DNA from: an uncultured Clostridium sp.
Lineage (GTDB): Bacteria; Bacillota; Clostridia; TANB77; CAG-508
DNA: 51,685 nucleotides
Direction of reading: 5' to 3'
NCBI GenBank assembly: GCA_948470025.1
Contig: CAOKNG010000005.1
Span: 1-51,685 of the forward strand
Numbering within the stretch: the first letter of the stretch is position 1; the number at the start of each line of letters is the position of its first letter. Both the position numbers and the translations under genes were made by a program. The notes below the pieces were generated by a model. That model was not told where the DNA came from and made no database searches. It saw only the letters and a list, made by a program, of their open reading frames with translations. Positions 43,501 to 51,599 of this stretch are shown here, one piece after another.

Positions 43501-44189
43501 AACAAGAGGAAGAAGAAGAAAAAAACGAAAATTCTTCTATTTCTGAAAGCGAACTGGAGTGCAGAATAGACCCAAACATTTTTGCAGGAGAGTGGCTGGA
43601 ACACCAGCCAACTACACAGAGACAAAAAGAGACACTGGCTCTATATCAGGAGGCAAAGGCTAAAGATAGACTTCATGCTTTTACTTGTATGACAGTTGAT
43701 CCATCTGTTAAAGATGGAAAGTTGGTATACCAGAAAGGTCTGCCAATAAAGACAGGATTTTCTCAGAGACAATGGGCAAAGATGTTGAAAGAGTACAATC
43801 CAAGTCGCAATAGTCGGCAGATGACTCGAACAGAGTATGCATGTAGAAACTTATTTCTCATTCAGAGACTTGTGGAGTCTGGATACAAAATCGAAGAGGC
43901 ATGGAGAGCAGTATGTGACGATTCAAGAGAAATTGGTCATTATCGTAATTTAGATAATGCTAAAGGCGATTTTGAGCCAACAGGTAGCAGAGAAGTGTGT
44001 GGCTTTTGTGATTTAGCGAATGCATGGAAGTTCATTGCAGAGGATTCATGGGAAGAAGCTGGTGGCTTTTGGGCTGCTGGTGGTTATTACGATGACTTTA
44101 GCAACGACTATCCTGTGGCTGACCTTTATCATGTCGACGGTGTAGACGACAATTCCTATAACGGTGTGGGTATGCTTGCGCTTGATTAA
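40529..44189 (+). CDS. Chimeric ORF (about 1220 aa with the +1 shift at CGG 42632): signal peptide, thioester-like and SpaA/Cna-B adhesin repeats, ICE SNF2-type helicase C-terminus, and C-type-lectin-like DGR target domain
   Basis: AFCME and the G.Y.V.E..AP..Y repeats run to about 42230. STQLVFCDLSTPK, KMGAGTNVQ, HLDVPYRPSD and GR-G-IRQRNEN...YVTEGTFDAY run to about 43520. A GFCDLANAW...AAGG...GVG domain runs to the stop. Confidence 0.65.
44076..44189 (+). other. Putative DGR variable region (VR)
   Basis: The 3' end of the lectin-like domain is dense in NNC/NNT codons (TAT TAC GAT GAC TTT AGC AAC GAC TAT...GTC GAC GGT..GAC GAC AAT TCC TAT AAC) and lies directly upstream of avd-RT. Confidence 0.6.
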
Positions 44190-44220
44190 AGTAGCACTGA
44201 CCACTGAATTTTCAGGAACG

Positions 44221-44249
44221 AGATGGAATCTGCTTTGCGGGTTCCATCT
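44221..44249 (+). other. Hairpin downstream of the VR (DGR recognition hairpin or terminator)
   Basis: AGATGGAATCTGC-TTT-GCGGGTTCCATCT. Confidence 0.6.
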
Positions 44250-44276
44250 TTAAAATTATAGAAAGAAGAACGCGAA

Positions 44277-44642
44277 ATGGAAAGAAAAAATAATGAATTA
44301 ATTATTATACCAAAAATAGAAAAATATATAGAATATATGCTAACGATATTAATAAAATTACCTAGAACTGAAAAGTTTAGTATTGGAACAGAAATAAAAA
44401 CTAGTATGTATGAAATGTTAAAATACATATTGCTTGCAAGTAAGATAGATAAAAGAAAAAGATTAGAAATTTATAATATTGTTGATAGTCATATATACTA
44501 TCAAAGAATTTGTATAAGGATAATGTATAATAATAAGTGGATTGATACGAAGAAATATAAATATAGTAATGAACTATTAGATGAAATTGGTAAAATATTA
44601 GGTGGGTTAATAAAATCTTTAGGAGTGATGAAAAATGCCTAA
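44277..44642 (+). CDS. avd: DGR accessory variability determinant (Avd-like four-helix bundle)
   Basis: Basic 121-aa protein with LPRTEKFSIGTEIK and EIGKILGGLIK; overlaps the RT start. Confidence 0.85.
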   Translation: MERKNNELIIIPKIEKYIEYMLTILIKLPRTEKFSIGTEIKTSMYEMLKYILLASKIDKRKRLEIYNIVDSHIYYQRICIRIMYNNKWIDTKKYKYSNELLDEIGKILGGLIKSLGVMKNA

Positions 44643-45567
44643 AACTATAAGAAATGTATATGAGCAAGCAATTTCATTTGAAAAGTTATTAATGGCTCAT
44701 AAAAAGGCGAGAAAAGGAAAAAGAGAAAAGAAAGAAGTTATTTTATTTGAGCTTAATTTAGAAAGCGAAATATTGAAAATAGAGAAAGATTTACGTGAGG
44801 GAAAATATAAGTCAGGAGAATATAAGACATTTAAAATATATGAACCTAAAGAAAGAATTATAATGGCATCTCCATATAAAGATAGAGTTGTACATCAATG
44901 GTATGTAGAGAATTTTATAAAGCCATATTTTGTACCTCAATTCATAGCAACAAGTTATGCTGGAATTGAAAATAGAGGAATGCACAAAGCATCAAAAGAT
45001 GTTCAAAAAGCAATGAGAATAGCAAAAAGAAATTGGAGCGAATACTATATTTTAAAAATGGATGTAACAAAGTATTTTCAAAATATAGATAAAAGAATTT
45101 TATGGGAAATTTTAAAAAAGAAAATGAAAGACAGAAAATTATTATGGCTCACAAGAACAATATTGTTATCAACAGAAGGAATGAAAGGTTTACCGTTAGG
45201 AAATTATACATCTCAAATGTTTGCTAATATATATTTGAATGAGATAGACCAATATGCTAAACATAAATTAAAATGTAAATTTTACTTTAGATATATGGAT
45301 GATATTATAATATTATGTGAAAATAAGAAAATAGCTCAAGAAAGATTAAGTCTATTAACTAAATTTTTAGAAGAAAATCTAAATTTAACATTTAATACAA
45401 AAACAAGAATATTTAAAAATATTCAAGGAGTTAATTTCTGTGGTTATAAAATAAATGAAAATAGAATAAAGATAAGGAATTCTAGTAATTTCAAATTTCA
45501 AGATGAATATCAAAATGTAATAGACTATATTAAAGAAAATAAATGTTTATTAGAAGATGAAGAATAA
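44635..45567 (+). CDS. DGR-class reverse transcriptase, probably C-terminally truncated
   Basis: IYEPKER, DRVVHQ, LKMDVTKYF, GLPLGNYTSQMFANIYL (DGR-type SQ), RYMDD and NFCGY. RT-like sequence stops at KIRNSS (about 45486). Confidence 0.88.
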   Translation: MPKTIRNVYEQAISFEKLLMAHKKARKGKREKKEVILFELNLESEILKIEKDLREGKYKSGEYKTFKIYEPKERIIMASPYKDRVVHQWYVENFIKPYFVPQFIATSYAGIENRGMHKASKDVQKAMRIAKRNWSEYYILKMDVTKYFQNIDKRILWEILKKKMKDRKLLWLTRTILLSTEGMKGLPLGNYTSQMFANIYLNEIDQYAKHKLKCKFYFRYMDDIIILCENKKIAQERLSLLTKFLEENLNLTFNTKTRIFKNIQGVNFCGYKINENRIKIRNSSNFKFQDEYQNVIDYIKENKCLLEDEE

Positions 45568-45973
45568 AAAGATATTAAAATTGATATTAGATTTTAATAT
45601 CTTTTTTATAGGATAAAATATAGCGAAAATATAGAAAATTTTATATAGATATGATATAGTTATTATAAATTTAAGAAGAAAATATATAAAAAATTATCAA
45701 ATATAAAGAACAAAAAACAATAGATTTATGAAAGCTATCAATACTTAGGAGGATTTAGCTATGTGTCAAAAAATAGTAATCCCAGAGGAGGATAGATATA
45801 ATAACCAAATAAAAAAAGACTTGGAAAAAGCTAAAATATGGAATGAGAATATAAAAGTATGAAAGTAGATGTAAAGGAATACAAAATATATTTTGAATAG
45901 ATAGTAGGAAGATATGAGAGAGAAAAAGAAGAAATTCTATGTATAATAAAACTAATAATAAGGAGGATAGCAT

Positions 45974-46744
45974 TTGGACAATAAGGTATTAGAAAATAAT
46001 AATGATATTATAATGTATACAACTGATGATGGACAAGTTGAAATTGAAGTTAGACTTGAAGATGAAAATGTTTGGCTTACTCAAAATGCTATGGCAGAAC
46101 TTTTTGATACAACTAGAAATAATATAACTATGCATATAAAAAACATATTTGAAGAAGGAGAATTACAAGAAAACTCAGTTAGTAAGGAATCCTTACTAAC
46201 TGCTAAGGATGGAAAAAATTATAAAACGAAATTTTATAATTTAGATTTAATTATATCAGTAGGATATCGAGTAAAGTCAATTCGTGGAATTCAATTTAGA
46301 ATATGGGTTAATAAATTAATAAAAGAGTATCTAATTAAAGGATATAATTTGAATGTAGATAGATTTAAAAATAATGGTGGAGGAGTATATTTTGAAGAAG
46401 TACTAGAAAAAATTAGAGATATTCGTTCATCAGAAAAAGTATTTTGGAGAAAAATTTTAGATATTTATGCAACAAGTGTTTGACTATGATGCAAGAGATG
46501 AAAAACAAAAGAATTTAATGCTTTAAATATGCACCCTATGACAATGAAAGATTGGATAAAAGAATTAGATGGATTTTTAACAATGACACATAAAGATATA
46601 TTAGAAGGGGCAGGAACTATATCTCATGAAAAAGCATTAGAAAAAGTACACCAAGAATATGATAAATATATGAAATCACACTTAACTCAAGCAGAAAAAG
46701 ATTATTTAGAAATTATGGGCGAAGATATAAAAAAATTAAAGTAA
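45974..46744 (+). pseudogene. rhuM: RhuM family protein, disrupted by a T insertion and an internal deletion
   Basis: WLTQ..MAELF, YNLDLIISVGYRVKS and IRDIRSSEKVF; ATSV is followed by an extra T before GAC TAT GAT (DYD). The C-terminal MTMKDW...GAG.ISH piece follows after a gap. Confidence 0.8.
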
Positions 46745-46763
46745 TGAGAAAGGCGGAAAGGCT

Positions 46764-49485
46764 ATGGCAAGAATGTTGTTAATTGATGGAAATAGCATAT
46801 TAAACCGAGCATTTTATGGCATTATGGGAAGTAAAATGCTAATGACTGAGGATGGTACTTATACGAATGCAGTATATGGCTTTTTAAGCATTCTTTTTAA
46901 AGTACAAGAAGAATTAAAGCCAGAATATTTAGTGGTAGCTTTTGATAAAAAAGGACCAACAAAACGTCATGAGATGTATAAGCAATACAAAGCAAACCGA
47001 AAAGGAATGCCAGAAGAATTGGCAATGCAAATGCCTATGATAAAAGAGGTATTGCAAGCAATGAATATTAAAATTATTGAAAAAGAAGGATATGAGGGAG
47101 ACGATATTATTCGGAACCGTGTCTCGCTTTGGTGAAAAAAATGATTTAGATGTAACCATTCTTTCTGGTGACCGTGATAATTTTCAACTTGCAACAGACA
47201 ACATTACCATAGAAATTCCACGAACCAAAGCAGGAAAAACAGAAACCGATTATTACGACCGAGCAAAAGTGGTAGAAGAATATGGAGTAGAGCCATATCA
47301 ATTAATCCAAGTAAAAGGCTTAATGGGAGACCCATCCGATAATATTCCAGGAGTACCAGGAGTGGGAGAAAAAACAGCCTTAACCTTAATCAAAGAATAT
47401 ACCGATATAGATAAATTATATGAGGCATTAGAACAAGGAACCGATAACGTGAAAGGAAAACTAAGAGAAAAATTAGTGGAAAATAAAGAATTAGCGTTCC
47501 TTTCAAGAGAACTTGGGAGAATTAATATCGATTCACCAATTGAAGAAAACTTAGAGGAAATGAAAGTAGAAGAGTGGGACAAGCCTAAGGTTTTAGAATT
47601 ATTTAAAAAATATCGTTTTAACCGATATATTGAGCGTTTTTCTTTGCAAGGGGAAGGAAACATAAGTGAACAAACAGCGATTGATTTTACCATAAAAGAA
47701 ATCCAAACCTCAAAGGACTTACAGGATTTAGTAGCACTTTTACAAAAGCAAGACAAAATGATTTATTCTTTTGGATTAAAGGATAAATCCGGGCGCATGG
47801 GGTATATTATTCCAAAAGAAATAATAAGTATAAGTATCTATTTTGAAAATACGGTATATTACTATTCTTTTGAAAACAAACAAGAAGAATTTGTGGAAAA
47901 CTTTCAAGAATTATTTGGGAAAAAGGCATTAGTTGGTTACGAATTAGCAAGAGATTATATCCTACTAAAACAAATTGGCATAACAGCTAAAAATTTTGTA
48001 TGTGATGTAAAAATTGCAGCCTATTTATTAAATCCAGTGGCTTCAAAATATCCATTAGAGGCTTTAAGTGCAAGTTATTTAGGAATTGATATTTTGGAAT
48101 ATTTAAAGCAAAATGGTGTAGAAGAACAAAAAGAACAACTAAACTTATTTGAAATGAATGAACCATCAAAAGGAGATTCAAACCAAAAACAAGAGGGAAG
48201 TATATATGCCTATGTCATTTCCAAATTAGAACAAGTATTAACCGAAAAATTGCAAAACGAAAATGCATTTTCACTATTTTCAGAAATTGAAATGCCACTT
48301 GTAAAAGTATTAGCAGATATGCAATTTGTAGGAATGAGAGTAGAAAAAGAGGAATTAATTTCTTATGGCAATATTCTAAAAGAGCAATTAGAAGGATTAA
48401 CCAAAGAAATTCATAACTTAGCAGGAGAAGAATTTAATATTAATTCTCCAAAGCAATTAGGAGAAGTGTTATTTGAAAAATTAAAATTACCATATGCCAA
48501 GAAAACCAAAAGTGGTTATTCCACCGATGTAGATGCATTAGAAAAAATAAAAGAAGAACACCCAGTAGTAGAAAAAATACTAGAATATCGTGCTATGGCA
48601 AAACTAAATTCCACCTATGTAGAAGGGTTACTACCATATATCAATGGAAGTGACCAAAGAATTCATTCCTATTTTCATCAAACCGTAACAGCAACAGGAA
48701 GAATTAGTTCTACTGAGCCAAACCTACAAAACATTCCAACAAGAGTGGAGGCAGGAAAGAAAATAAGAAAAGCCTTTAAACCAAGCGAAGGTTGTATTTT
48801 CTTAGATGCCGATTATTCACAAATTGAATTAAGAGTACTTGCCCATATTTCCGAAGATGAACATATGATAGAGGCATTTTTAAACGATGAAGACATTCAC
48901 AAACAAGCAGCATCCAAAGTATTAAATATTCCAATTGAAGAAGTAACTCATGAACAAAGGTCAAGTGCCAAAGCGGTTAACTTTGGAATTGTTTATGGCA
49001 TTAGTGACTTTGGACTAGCAGGGCAATTAGGAGTATCTAGAAAACAGGCAAAAGAATATATTGAACAATATTTAGAAAAATATAGCGGAATTCAAACATT
49101 TATGGAGAACATTGTAGAAGAGGCAAAAGAAAAAGGATATGTAGAAACCCTATTCCATAGAAGAAGACAAATCCCAGAATTAAAGTCATCAAACTACATG
49201 GTAAGGCAATTTGCTTCAAGAGCTGCCATGAATACACCAATCCAAGGAACCGCAGCAGACATTATGAAAATAGCTATGATTGATGTGCATAAAAGACTAG
49301 AAGAGGCAAACCTACAATCAAAATTAGTCTTACAAGTACACGATGAATTAATCATCGATACCAAAATAGAAGAAAAAGAACAAGTAAAAGAAATCCTAAA
49401 AACCTCAATGGAAAACGCAATAAAACTAAAAATCCCACTAAAAGTAGAATTATCCGAAGCAAACGACTGGTACGAAGCAAAATAA
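46764..49485 (+). CDS. polA: DNA polymerase I (about 906 aa); +1 shift at CGG 47112
   Basis: LLIDGNS, TNAVYGF and YKANR; the joint reads EGDDII-G-TVSR...SGDRD; then GDPSDNIPGVPGVGEKTA, TGRISS.EPNLQNIP, DYSQIELR, AKAVNFGIVYG and QVHDE. Confidence 0.95.
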
Positions 49486-49489
49486 TTTT

Positions 49490-49552
49490 GTAGGGGCGAC
49501 TAGTAGTCGCCCGCGCTCAAAAGCAACGGGCAAAAATGGATTCCACCTCTAC
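49490..49552. repeat. Inverted pair of GTAG-type REPs (REPIN-like doublet)
   Basis: GTAG-GGGCGAC-TAGTA-GTCGCCC on the plus strand, and a degenerate copy ending ...CCTCTAC (GTAGAGG... on the minus strand). Confidence 0.6.
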
Positions 49553-49585
49553 AGGAAACGATTACAAAGAAAGGAGAGAAAAACC

Positions 49586-50152
49586 TTGCAAAAAAAAGCA
49601 AAAATAATATGTATTTTAGCAACCATAGCAATTATTTTTATATTACTATTCCAAGTATTCAAAGTACAAAATATTATTTTAAAAAAAATCTATCCAATCA
49701 AATATTCAGACTATGTCTACCAATATGCAGAAGAATACGAAGTAGACCCATTGCTTATTTTTGCAATCATCAAAGCAGAAAGCAACTTTAAACCAAATGT
49801 TGTCTCTTCTAGCAAAGCAATCGGACTTATGCAATTAATGGACGCCACAGCAGAAGAACTAGCCAGAAAACTAGACATACCATTTACCGAAAAAGCCTCT
49901 CTATACGACCCAGAACTAAACATAAAGCTAGGCACAAAATACTTTTCCGATTTACTAAAAGAATACAACCAAAACATGCTACTGGCATTAACCGCCTATA
50001 ATGCAGGAAAAGGCAATTTAAAAAGATGGATTGAACAAGGTACTCTAAAAGAAGACGGAAGCGATATTGAAAATATTCCTTACAAGGAAACGAATAATTA
50101 TGTAAGGAAGATTGTGAGGGATTATAAGATATATCAAGGATTATATAAATAA
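49586..50152 (+). CDS. Lytic transglycosylase (SLT domain), membrane-anchored
   Basis: AIIKAESNF, AIGLMQLM, AYNAG and IPYKETNNYV. Confidence 0.92.
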   Translation: MQKKAKIICILATIAIIFILLFQVFKVQNIILKKIYPIKYSDYVYQYAEEYEVDPLLIFAIIKAESNFKPNVVSSSKAIGLMQLMDATAEELARKLDIPFTEKASLYDPELNIKLGTKYFSDLLKEYNQNMLLALTAYNAGKGNLKRWIEQGTLKEDGSDIENIPYKETNNYVRKIVRDYKIYQGLYK

Positions 50153-50161
50153 AGGTACTCT

Positions 50162-50194
50162 AAAATGGCATATCGAAAAAAGATATGTCATTTT
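50162..50194 (+). terminator. Intrinsic terminator
   Basis: AAAATGGCATATC...GATATGTCATTTT. Confidence 0.6.
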
Positions 50195-50251
50195 TCTTTA
50201 CATCTTATTTTTGTTGCGATATAATAACAAAAAACAAAGGAGGTTTTATGT

Positions 50252-51254
50252 ATGGCAGTATTAGTAACAGGTGGGGCAGGGTTTATTGGAAGCCACACTG
50301 CAGTGGAATTATTGAATGAAGGAAAAGAAATTGTTATTATAGATAATTTTTCCAATAGTAAGCCAGATGTGTTAGAGAAGGTTCGTAAAATTACGGGAAA
50401 AGATTTTAAATTTTATGAGATGGATTATTTAGATAGACAAAAGTTAGAGAAGGTATTTGAGGAAAATGAGATAGAAGCTGTTTTAAATTTTGCAGGGTTT
50501 AAAGCAGTGGGAGAATCTGTTGAGAAGCCAATTGAATATTATATAAACAATATTTCAGGAGCACTTGTTTTATTAGATACCATGAGAAAATATGGTGTAA
50601 AAATGTTTGTATTTAGCTCTTCTGCAACCGTATATGGAGACCCAGAGACCATACCAATTACAGAAGAATGCAAAACAGGAGGAACCACAAACCCATATGG
50701 AACCTCAAAATTATATATTGAGCAAATGTTAAAAGATATCTACACTTCAGATCCAAGTTGGAATATCTGTATATTAAGATACTTTAACCCAGTAGGAGCT
50801 CACGAAAGTGGTTTAATTGGAGAAGAACCACAAGGAATACCAAATAACTTAATGCCATATGTAGCAAGAGTAGCCTTAGGAACCCTAACAGAACTGTCCG
50901 TATTTGGAAATGACTACAATACAAAAGACCGGAACAGGAGTAAGAGATTATATTCACGTAGTAGACCTAGCAAAAGGACACATTAAAGCACTACAAAAAC
51001 TAGAAAAAGAGGAAAAAGGCTTATTCATCTATAACTTAGGAACAGGAAACGGATATAGTGTACTAGACATGGTAAAAGCATTTGAAAAAGTAACAGAAAA
51101 ACCAGTACCTTATAAAATTGTACCAAGAAGACCAGGAGATATAGCAACTTGCTACGCAGACCCCAAAAAGGCAAAAGAAGAGCTAGGATGGGAAGCAACT
51201 TTGGGAATAGACGAAATGTGTAAGGATAGTTGGAATTATATAAAGAAAAATTGA
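50252..51254 (+). CDS. galE: UDP-glucose 4-epimerase (about 333 aa); +1 shift at CGG 50930
   Basis: [24 protein letters not shown] and [10 protein letters not shown]; the joint reads [26 protein letters not shown]. Confidence 0.95.
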
Positions 51255-51325
51255 CATTTTTTGTTAATTGATGTACAATATTATTAGTCACATATTAACA
51301 ACATATCTTGATTTTTAAGATATGT
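51251..51325 (+). promoter_or_regulatory. Sigma-A promoter followed by a perfect inverted repeat (operator-like)
   Basis: TTGACA-N17-TACAAT (51251-51279); ACATATCTT-N7-AAGATATGT (51301-51325). Confidence 0.6.
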
Positions 51326-51347
51326 AACCACCCCCAAGGAGGCAAAA

Positions 51348-51599
51348 ATGAAACAATATTATTTTTATTTAGCTACATGTCGGATTTCTGAAAAGGAGCG
51401 TGTTACTTGCGAAATAAAAGTAGCATTTAAGATAACCACCTTTGCTCAGATAGAAAAAATAATAGAAACTATTAAGAATACGCTATCTGGTAAAAATCGT
51501 GACAAAGCAAATGTAAGCTTTGTACATCCGCCATATTATTTGCGTAAAGAAAATCTTCCTGAAGGAAAAGATGTGGAAATTACAAATTTAATATTTTGA
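51348..51599 (+). CDS. Hypothetical protein (contains an in-frame CGG at 51381)
   Basis: AAGGAGG RBS, its own promoter, and a downstream hairpin with a T run. Confidence 0.6.
   Translation: MKQYYFYLATCRISEKERVTCEIKVAFKITTFAQIEKIIETIKNTLSGKNRDKANVSFVHPPYYLRKENLPEGKDVEITNLIF

Larger units (their letters stand above)
37300..46745 (+). mobile_element. Decayed ICE-like island (boundaries approximate; no integrase, relaxase or T4SS genes left)
   Basis: Contains an element-type parA/parB pair, an adhesin fragment, an ICE helicase fragment, DGR avd/RT and rhuM. Codon style shifts toward A/T-ending codons relative to flanking host genes. Confidence 0.7.

Noticed and set aside
44635-45567. RT as a group II intron or retron RT
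   Set aside because: It has the DGR-type SQ motif and an overlapping avd, with no maturase domain, intron domain V, or retron VTG motif seen.
44190-45973. A template repeat near avd or the RT
   Set aside because: Neither 44190-44276 nor 45568-45973 resembles the VR.
1203-50933. Homopolymer sequencing errors as the cause of the frameshifts
   Set aside because: Eight of ten extra Cs follow A or T, all sit at codon position 1 on the coding strand, and the many long A runs in these genes show no indels. A subtler motif-specific artefact is not fully excluded without reads.
1203-50933. Simple CGG reassignment (to Trp or Gln) or classical slippery-site frameshifting
   Set aside because: A triplet reassignment cannot restore the frame. 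The upstream codons (TAC, CTA, TTA, ATT, CCA, GTA, AGA, GAC) mostly cannot re-pair in +1, and I saw no shared stimulatory element.
8727-51254. Calling polA, folD, galE, dprA and mgtA pseudogenes
   Set aside because: Each has only CGG-type lesions, intact motifs on both sides and normal length once corrected; random decay would not hit the same codon ten times.
118-51291. Numerous short antisense and overlapping ORFs in the ORF track
   Set aside because: They are shadows of real genes on the opposite strand, with low-complexity F/S/L-rich translations and no recognisable motifs.
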